The notes below the pieces were generated by a model that saw nothing but the letters and a program-made list of their open reading frames with translations, was not told the DNA's origin and made no database searches. Positions 6,292 through 11,961 of a stretch of 11,961 nt of DNA are shown here, in pieces (the first letter of the stretch is position 1; each line of letters begins with the position of its first letter). Origin of the DNA: Myxococcales bacterium (GTDB lineage Bacteria > Myxococcota_A > UBA9042); contig JBBISH010000160.1 of the NCBI GenBank assembly GCA_037441385.1, positions 1 to 11,961 of the forward strand, in the 5' to 3' direction. Made by a program: the position numbers and the translations under genes.

Positions 6292-8652
6292 CTAATCCTC
6301 GGCCCACTTCACGGTGGCCTTGACGTCGCCCACTTGCACTTCCAGCACCAACTGCCGCGGCCCCGCTACCGTGTACGATTCCTGGTCGCTCAAGCGCGCC
6401 GAGAACTGCGCGTCACACTCGCGGGTGCAGCTTGCCGGCAGCTTGGGCAAGAGCCCGCCCAGCCACACCGCGTCCAACTTGGCCGACCACTTGGCCACGC
6501 CGCCCGCCAATTCCACGACCGTCGGCACCGCCCGGCGCATGCCCGAGCCGTCGGCCACGAGCGGGAAGGCGACCAAACCACCCTTGCCGTCGGGCAAAAG
6601 CACCAACCGGGCCGCGCCCAGGACCCAATTGCCCCACAGCCACTCTACGCTGCGCAGCTTGGGCAGGATCCGCGCCACCTGCACTTCGTAGCTTTGCCCG
6701 GGGCGCCCCAGCACGGTCAGCTCTTGACGACCCGCCTTGGGCAGCGACAAGCGCTCGTCGCGGCCCGTGCCGGCGGTGTACAGCACCGTCACGTCGCGCG
6801 TGGCCAGGTTGCTGAACTCCACGCGAATCGGCACATTTTGGTCAGGAGACGGCTTGCCGAGCAGGGTCGCCTTGCCCGACACCTGGCCCACGTCCTCTTG
6901 CTCGCGGTGCAGCCGATCCGACACGGCCGCTGCATACGCCGGTCCCAGGCGCGTCGCAGGCCGGGCTTGCCAGACCTTGGCCAAGACATCCAGGGGCGCG
7001 GCAGGATCGGCGGCGCGTTTGTCCACCGCCAGTTCGGCAGCTGCAGGACGTACCCCGGCGAGGCGAGTCGGGCCGGTCGCGGCACAGCCGTAACGATACT
7101 CAAGCACTCCGTTTTGCACCGCGCTGGTCGGCGCGTCGGGCTTGCAGCGGACGGTCTGCTTGACCGTCTCGGCTTGGCGGGCCGTCAGGAATCGCGCGGT
7201 GCGGTTGCCCAACAGGTCCACTTCGACCAAGACGGCATTTTGGCTGGGATTGCGCACGGCAAAGCTGCACTGCAGCCCCTTGGGCACGTACGAGCGCCAC
7301 TGCGTCACCTTGGCATTGGCCAGGTCGGCCTGCAGCGTGGCCGGCGACAGGCGGCGCGGCGCCAGTTCTTTGCTCGGCTGGCACTGCACGTCGCTGATCC
7401 AGTTCGCACTTTCGGCCACCGCCACCACCTGCAGCTCGGCAAAGACTCCGGCCGACTCGGGCGCGTCGGGGTGTTGCACCAAGAAATCGATTTGCGCTGC
7501 ACTGTTGTGGTCTTCGACGGCCTGGCGCGCCGCCGCCGCCCGCGCCGCCGCCGCTTCGGCTTGAGCAGCCTGATCCGCCGCCGCCTTCTTCTTGGCTGCT
7601 TCTTCCAGCTCGGCGGCCTTCTTGCGCGCCGCGGCTTCGGCTTCGGCGGCTTGGCGCTGGCGCTCGGTCTCGGCCGCTTCGGCCTTGGCGCGGGCCTCTG
7701 CTTCGGCTTTGGCCTTCTTGGCCGCGGCGAGCTCGGCTTGCCGTTGGCGCTCCGCTTCCGCAGCTTCGGCTTTGGCCTTGGCGGCCGCTTCTGCTTGTTG
7801 CTTGCGCTCGGCTTCGGCCGCTTCCTTCTTGGCCTTTTCGGCCGCAGCGGCGGCGGCCTTGGCCTCGGCCGCTTCTTGGGCCTTGGCCTTGCGCTCTTCT
7901 TCTGCGGCTCGCTTGCGCTCTTTTTCCGCCTCGGCAGCTTCGGCCTTGGCCTGGGCTGCTTCGGCCGCTTTGCGCTTGCGGAGCTCTTCGGCAGCGATCT
8001 TCTGCTCGCGCTCGGCCGCGGCGGCTTCGGCTTTGGCGCGCGCGGCGGCTTCGGCCTTGGCCTTCAACTCTGCCTCGGCAGCGGCGGCGCTGGGGCGCAC
8101 GGGGTCGGCAGGCGGAGATTTGCCAGGTTTGACTGCCTTTTCGGCCTCCTGGCCCTTGGCGGGAGTAGCCGTCTTGACCTCTGCCGAGGGCGCCGACGGG
8201 GCAGTTTCCGCGGTAGGCGGTGGAGGCGGCTCAGCCGGCGGCGCGGGCGACGCCACAGGCGCAGGAGCTTGACCGCGCAAGGGAAACGCAGCGCTCCGCA
8301 GACATCCAGCGACCCAGCGCTGGCCGGCCGGCGGCCCAGCCACGTCTTGCACGTGCGGCGCCAGCAGTGCATCACAGCCGTAACGCCAGGCGCGCGCGGT
8401 CAAATCGGCCACACCTTCGGCTTGCGCCACAGCCTTATCCGTCACCGCGCCCCGCAACTCGCCCAGTTGCTGCACCGGCTGCGGCAAGACGCCCGGTCGG
8501 TCCACGACGCTCACGCGCGTCTTGCGCGAGATCGGCCAAATGCGCGCCTGCGGGTCCGCGGCCTCAAAAGTCACACTGCTGCAGCCGACCAAAGCGACAA
8601 GAGTTGTCGCTAACAGGCCGCGCGCGGCTCTATCATTCGCATGGCTGTGCAT
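6292..8652 (-). CDS. Lipoprotein with YbjQ/RcsF-like N-terminal domain, Pro-rich linker, TolA-like Ala/Glu/Lys/Arg helical rod and beta-rich C-terminal region, 786 aa
   Basis: ATG at 8652 with GAGG 6 nt upstream; alternative GTG at 8664 overlaps the upstream TGA. Lipobox LVGC. AEAAA/KAKAE/ERQRQ-type repeats at about 7520-8090. TAG stop at 6292. Confidence 0.8.
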   Translation of the reverse strand: MHSHANDRAARGLLATTLVALVGCSSVTFEAADPQARIWPISRKTRVSVVDRPGVLPQPVQQLGELRGAVTDKAVAQAEGVADLTARAWRYGCDALLAPHVQDVAGPPAGQRWVAGCLRSAAFPLRGQAPAPVASPAPPAEPPPPPTAETAPSAPSAEVKTATPAKGQEAEKAVKPGKSPPADPVRPSAAAAEAELKAKAEAAARAKAEAAAAEREQKIAAEELRKRKAAEAAQAKAEAAEAEKERKRAAEEERKAKAQEAAEAKAAAAAAEKAKKEAAEAERKQQAEAAAKAKAEAAEAERQRQAELAAAKKAKAEAEARAKAEAAETERQRQAAEAEAAARKKAAELEEAAKKKAAADQAAQAEAAAARAAAARQAVEDHNSAAQIDFLVQHPDAPESAGVFAELQVVAVAESANWISDVQCQPSKELAPRRLSPATLQADLANAKVTQWRSYVPKGLQCSFAVRNPSQNAVLVEVDLLGNRTARFLTARQAETVKQTVRCKPDAPTSAVQNGVLEYRYGCAATGPTRLAGVRPAAAELAVDKRAADPAAPLDVLAKVWQARPATRLGPAYAAAVSDRLHREQEDVGQVSGKATLLGKPSPDQNVPIRVEFSNLATRDVTVLYTAGTGRDERLSLPKAGRQELTVLGRPGQSYEVQVARILPKLRSVEWLWGNWVLGAARLVLLPDGKGGLVAFPLVADGSGMRRAVPTVVELAGGVAKWSAKLDAVWLGGLLPKLPASCTRECDAQFSARLSDQESYTVAGPRQLVLEVQVGDVKATVKWAED

Positions 8653-8660
8653 GGCGACCC

Positions 8661-9425
8661 TCACCGGCTCCAGAAGATGGCGACGTTGTACTGCAACAGG
8701 TTGTAGCTGCTGCTCAAGTTGCGCATGTAGGTCGATTCGAGCATCAGACCGCCGCCGTCGCCCAGCTTGATGCCCGCGGTCGTACCCAGCATGTGCTCGG
8801 CGCCGCCGCCTGTGTCGCTGATGACGGCGCGCAGCAAGTACTTGGGTGCGCCATATACCGTCAGGTGCGAGCCCACGTCGTAGCTGATGTAGAACGGCAC
8901 GACCACGTCCAACAGGGTCGATTTCGCCTCGCTTGAGGAACTTCCCGAGCTGGAACCGGTTCCAGAACCTGTGCCTGTGCCTGTACCGGTGCCCGTGCCC
9001 GTGCCCGTGCCCGTGCCCCCATTGGCGGTTTCACTTGAGCTGCTCGACGAGGCGCTGATCTGCAAGTAGCCCACGTTCAAGCCTGTGGCCATCGCCAACG
9101 GACCGCGGTCAAAGAACTGCCACTTTGCGTCCAGCCCACCGGTGCCCAGCAGCGTCACATGCGCGCCCACGTCCACGCCGTCGAGCAGACCGTAGCGGTA
9201 GCCAATCTCGCCATACGGCAGCGAGGCCAAGGCCTTGCCCAAGCTCTCTGGCGAGCCCGGTAGCGTCGTCATGCCACCGCCTACCAGCGCCTGCTGGTCG
9301 CCGGGAGGCAGAACCCGCGCCGTCTGCAACGTTGAGGCGTTCATGCAGCCGACGCTGAGCACCAGCAACGCCAAGAGGCCGCGCCGCACGCATGCCGCCG
9401 GGTTCCTCAACACAGTTCTGGCCAT
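8661..9425 (-). CDS. Putative lipidated outer-membrane beta-barrel protein, 254 aa
   Basis: ATG at 9425 with GGGAGG 6 nt upstream. Signal RRGLLALLVLSVGC followed by xxxSTLQTARVL. About ten amphipathic strands, e.g. YGEIGYRYGL, VDVGAHVT, GLDAKWQF, VPFYISYD and the terminal QYNVAIFW. Confidence 0.8.
   Translation of the reverse strand: MARTVLRNPAACVRRGLLALLVLSVGCMNASTLQTARVLPPGDQQALVGGGMTTLPGSPESLGKALASLPYGEIGYRYGLLDGVDVGAHVTLLGTGGLDAKWQFFDRGPLAMATGLNVGYLQISASSSSSSETANGGTGTGTGTGTGTGTGTGSGTGSSSGSSSSEAKSTLLDVVVPFYISYDVGSHLTVYGAPKYLLRAVISDTGGGAEHMLGTTAGIKLGDGGGLMLESTYMRNLSSSYNLLQYNVAIFWSR
8971..9018. repeat. Hexanucleotide microsatellite encoding Gly-Thr repeats
   Basis: Five perfect GTGCCC copies at 8989-9018, preceded by the variants GTGCCT GTGCCT GTACCG. 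It is in frame within the 8661..9425 CDS. Confidence 0.9.
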
Positions 9426-9499
9426 GGCCATCCTCCCAGGCAGGTCTGGACAGCAGGTGTCGACGCCGGACCAGCGCCTCGCACTTGCCTGTGGGCGAC

Positions 9500-9528
9500 A
9501 TCGGAGCATCGCTGGCGGGGATTGTCAA
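9500..9528 (-). promoter_or_regulatory. Candidate sigma70-type promoter for the minus-strand lipoprotein genes
   Basis: The minus strand reads TTGACA (9528-9523), 17 nt ending TGC, then TCCGAT (9505-9500). This is about 75 nt upstream of the 9425 ATG. Confidence 0.35.
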
Positions 9529-9569
9529 ACGGGGGTGCTGGCAAGCGCCCGGAACCGACCATCGCCAGC

Positions 9570-9735
9570 GGGGCCCAGCGCCTTCGCAAGGTGATTGAAG
9601 GCTACTACGGCTCGAAAGGCCCCGAGCTCGTGCAGTTTGGCCTGGCCGCCAGGAAGATTGCGCGCGGCGGCGGGGCGCAAGGAGAAGGCCGCAGCGCCGA
9701 CTCCGGCGGTCGATGGGTCGAATCAGGCGCCGGGT
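9570..9735 (+). pseudogene. Possible C-terminal fragment of a small helical hypothetical protein
   Basis: The segment AQRLRKVIEGYYGSKGPELVQFGLAARK has genome-typical codons, no start or RBS, and non-protein-like flanks. A shifted frame continues GRKEKAAAPTPAV. Family resemblance is from memory only. Confidence 0.4.
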
Positions 9736-10016
9736 TACGTCGTCCACAGCGCGACAAACGCGGCGGCGGCAATCACCACGGGCACCAGGTCGAAAGGTCC
9801 GGCAAAGGGCGCCGCTTGGGTGGCTTGCGGCCAAAATGTGTGCCAGGCAAAGAACACCGCCAGATTGAGGATGCCCCCCACTACCGCCGCAGTGATGCCC
9901 GCCAAGGGCGCCGTGCACCTGAGGCCGCCGCGCAAAGCCTCAACCGGTGGGCCGCCGACCACGATGAACAAGAAGCTGGGAAGCAAGGTGAAGAAGGTGG
10001 CCACCGTCGCGCCCGC
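9735..10016 (-). pseudogene. chrA: Chromate efflux transporter (CHR family) C-terminal remnant
   Basis: GATVATFFTLLPSFLFIVVGGPPVE..TAPLAGITAAVVGGILNLAVFFAWH.FWP matches the C-terminal CHR pattern FLPSF..GITAAVVG.I.NLA. The N-terminal majority of the protein is absent and the frame stops at TAA before the usual last helix. Confidence 0.85.
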
Positions 10017-10188
10017 CGAGGTGTCCTCGCCCCTGGTCACCGTCGGGCCTGAAACAAACTGCCCATCACGGTAGCCGGCCCATTGGGGTAGGAGGTTGGC
10101 GGGCCGAAGCGCGCGCTTGACTCACGCGGCTCTTCGGTAGCACAGTGAGCTTGTATTCGGATCGCCAAGCCCTCGGCCAGGAGCAAAC

Positions 10189-11211
10189 ATGTCAGCAAAG
10201 TCAATGACCTCGATCCGCACCGCCTCAGCGGTGTGCCTCGTGATGGGCCTGACATCACCGGGTCTGCTTCAAGCCGCCCCAACCAAATCCAAGGTAATCG
10301 TTGCCCTAGTTGCCGGCGCCCAACGTGAATTCGACGCTGGTAACTTCGAGCGAGCCGCGGACCTCTTTCTAGAAATCTATCGACAAGATACGACCCAGAT
10401 CGCCGCGCTCTACAACGCCGCACGCGCCAATCATCTGGGTGGACGCTGGCAAAGAGCCGAAGACCTGTATGCCGAACTCCTTGCGACGGGCAAGATCGAC
10501 GAGGCAACTACAGCCAAGGTCAAGGGTTTTGTCCAAGATGTCCACGGCAAGCGCGCCGAGCAAAAGGCAGACGAGGCCAAAAAGGCCGAAGGTGCAGGAC
10601 AATTCAGTGCGGCAGCCGAGCGTTGGGCTGAGGCGAGGCAACTTCTGCTGGCGCGGCTGGATTGGCTCCTGCGGCAGGCGCGCGCGGAGCAACTTGCGGG
10701 CCACAAAGACGTCGCCCTATCTCTATTCGACCAATACCTTGCCGGGGCCCCGGCCGACGCTGCCGAGCGAGTCGATGCAGTTCGGTGGCGCGCCGAGTTG
10801 GTGCCGCCAACCCCGGCGCCGCCCGTTGTCCGTTCTAGTCGGCCGGAGGTGACGATTCCAGCCGTCTCCGCCGGCAAGGCAACCCCAATCCTGGCGTACT
10901 CCGTGATGGGTGCTGGCGCTCTTGCTCTGGTGGCCGGCGGTGCAATCCTGGCCGTGGCCAAGGCGGACGACGACGCACTGCAGGGGAAATTCAAGAAAAC
11001 AAATAGTGTCGGCTATATTGACGGCACCACCTACTCCGCCGCCGCCGCGGAGGTAAGTCGCATCGAGGGGCAATACACCCTGGGTTGGGCCCTGACTGGC
11101 ATTGGCGCGGTGGGGGCTGGCGTGGGGACTTGGCTGTGGTTGCGCGGCAACGAGTCGAAAATTGCAGTGCTGCCGGTTGGCGATGGCCTGCAACTGGTGG
11201 GCAGGTTCTAG
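10189..11211 (+). CDS. Exported TPR-like protein with C-terminal hydrophobic helical hairpin and terminal beta-hairpin ending GRF, 340 aa
   Basis: ATG at 10189 with AGGAG at 10179-10183. Probable Sec signal ending GLLQA. TPR-like helices (AGNFERAADLF, ALYNAARA..GRWQRAEDLY, ARAEQLAGHKDVALSLFDQYL), a Pro-rich linker, two Gly/Ala hydrophobic segments, and C-terminus IAVLPVGDGLQLVGRF. Confidence 0.85.
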   Translation: MSAKSMTSIRTASAVCLVMGLTSPGLLQAAPTKSKVIVALVAGAQREFDAGNFERAADLFLEIYRQDTTQIAALYNAARANHLGGRWQRAEDLYAELLATGKIDEATTAKVKGFVQDVHGKRAEQKADEAKKAEGAGQFSAAAERWAEARQLLLARLDWLLRQARAEQLAGHKDVALSLFDQYLAGAPADAAERVDAVRWRAELVPPTPAPPVVRSSRPEVTIPAVSAGKATPILAYSVMGAGALALVAGGAILAVAKADDDALQGKFKKTNSVGYIDGTTYSAAAAEVSRIEGQYTLGWALTGIGAVGAGVGTWLWLRGNESKIAVLPVGDGLQLVGRF

Positions 11212-11961
11212 ATGAGCTACAGACTTTCGTCGTTGGTCCTGGTCTTGGGCCTCTTGGGTGGATGCAAGGTCGAGATGCCAGAGCGGGCGAAATTCGCTTC
11301 GGAGCATCAAGAGTTGCTGAGCGATGCCGATGTTGCGGCGGATGTCGCCGAGGACGCCGTCGCCCCGGATACGCCTGGCGCCGACGACGGCACCGACACG
11401 GCTGCCACCGACGCGAGCGCGGAAACGACAGACGCTGGCGGCGCAGACGCCGCAGACCCAGATGTCGGCAACGACGGCGACGGAGTCGTGGCGACCGACA
11501 CCGCGGATTCTGCCGATGCCGAGCCCGTCTGCGCACCCGCCGACTGCGACGACCAGAATCCGTGTACCGATGACGACTGCAACAAGGTCAAGGGATGCGT
11601 GCACTTGGCCAACGCCGCGACCTGTGACGACGGCGACGCGTGTACGGTGGGCGATGGTTGTGGAGCCGGGGCCTGCGTGCCTGGCGCCGCGAAGGGCTGC
11701 GATGACGGCAAGGTCTGCACGGACGATAGCTGTGACAAGACGGCAGGTTGCGTGAACCTGGCGAATGCCGCAACCTGCGACGACGGCGACGCGTGCACGG
11801 TCGGCGATGGCTGCTCGGCCGGGGCCTGCGTGCCTGGCGCGGCAAAGGGCTGCGACGACGGCAAGGTCTGCACGGACGATAGCTGTGACAAGACGGCAGG
11901 TTGCGTGAACCTGGCGAATGCCGCGACCTGTGACGTCGGCGACGCGTGCACGGTCGGCGAT
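11212..11961 (+). CDS. Cys-rich repeat lipoprotein, 3'-partial (absent from the ORF track)
   Basis: ATG at 11212 directly follows the TAG of the TPR gene and stays open for 250 codons to the window end. It reads MSYRLSSLVLVLGLLGGC (LGGC lipobox), an Asp/Ala/Thr-rich linker, then CDDQNPCTDDDC / CDDGDACTVGDGC / CDDGKVCTDDSC repeats. Confidence 0.9.
   Translation, partial: MSYRLSSLVLVLGLLGGCKVEMPERAKFASEHQELLSDADVAADVAEDAVAPDTPGADDGTDTAATDASAETTDAGGADAADPDVGNDGDGVVATDTADSADAEPVCAPADCDDQNPCTDDDCNKVKGCVHLANAATCDDGDACTVGDGCGAGACVPGAAKGCDDGKVCTDDSCDKTAGCVNLANAATCDDGDACTVGDGCSAGACVPGAAKGCDDGKVCTDDSCDKTAGCVNLANAATCDVGDACTVGD
11545..11961 (+). repeat. 153-bp (51-aa) intragenic tandem repeat, at least 2.7 units
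   Basis: Units start at 11545, 11698 and 11851. Units 2 and 3 differ at 4 of 111 comparable bases; unit 1 is more diverged. Confidence 0.95.

Noticed and set aside
7520..8090. Gene symbol tolA
   Set aside because: The similarity is compositional only. The protein has a lipobox rather than a TM anchor and no tol-pal context.
5986..8613. 875-aa plus-strand ORF
   Set aside because: Antisense shadow of the 6292..8652 gene. Its Gly/Leu/Phe/Arg runs mirror the Ala/Glu/Lys repeats, and it has no convincing RBS or domain.
9522..10074. ORFs 9522..10052 and 9595..10074 as intact genes
   Set aside because: Mostly antisense to the chrA remnant, with no RBS. Only a short segment near 9570-9735 looks protein-like.
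10107..10146. Palindrome AAGCGCGCGCTT overlapping TTGACT-18-CACAGT upstream of the TPR gene
   Set aside because: The low-complexity GC palindrome and weak -10 match are too likely by chance to call an operator or promoter.
11307..11951. 214-aa minus-strand repetitive ORF and overlapping short ORFs
   Set aside because: These are shadows of the real plus-strand Cys-rich frame that starts at 11212.
11545..11961. CRISPR array or DGR template/variable repeat pair
   Set aside because: The units are contiguous, in-frame and coding, with no spacers. The differences are mostly synonymous and not adenine-specific, and no cas or reverse transcriptase gene is present in the window.

Overview
GC-rich bacterial window, most consistent with Myxococcota/deltaproteobacterial origin (inferred from gene types, not from a search). 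It holds six complete CDS and one partial CDS, almost all cell-envelope genes. In order: an OPT-family transporter (+); a beta-helix-like lipoprotein with three internal modules (+); three minus-strand lipoproteins (Cys-repeat plus PPC-like domains; a YbjQ/RcsF-like head with a ~190-aa Ala/Glu/Lys/Arg rod; a probable lipidated ~10-strand beta-barrel with a Gly-Thr microsatellite loop); a stretch of gene debris including a chrA C-terminal remnant; and a TPR protein abutting a Cys-rich lipoprotein with 153-bp tandem repeats that runs off the window and is missing from the ORF track. A REP/REPIN-like palindrome and a terminator sit at the left edge. I recognised no rRNA, tRNA, CRISPR array or transposase. 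The best candidates for undescribed systems are the barrel + rod lipoprotein pair and the TPR + Cys-repeat lipoprotein pair; both functional readings are inference.
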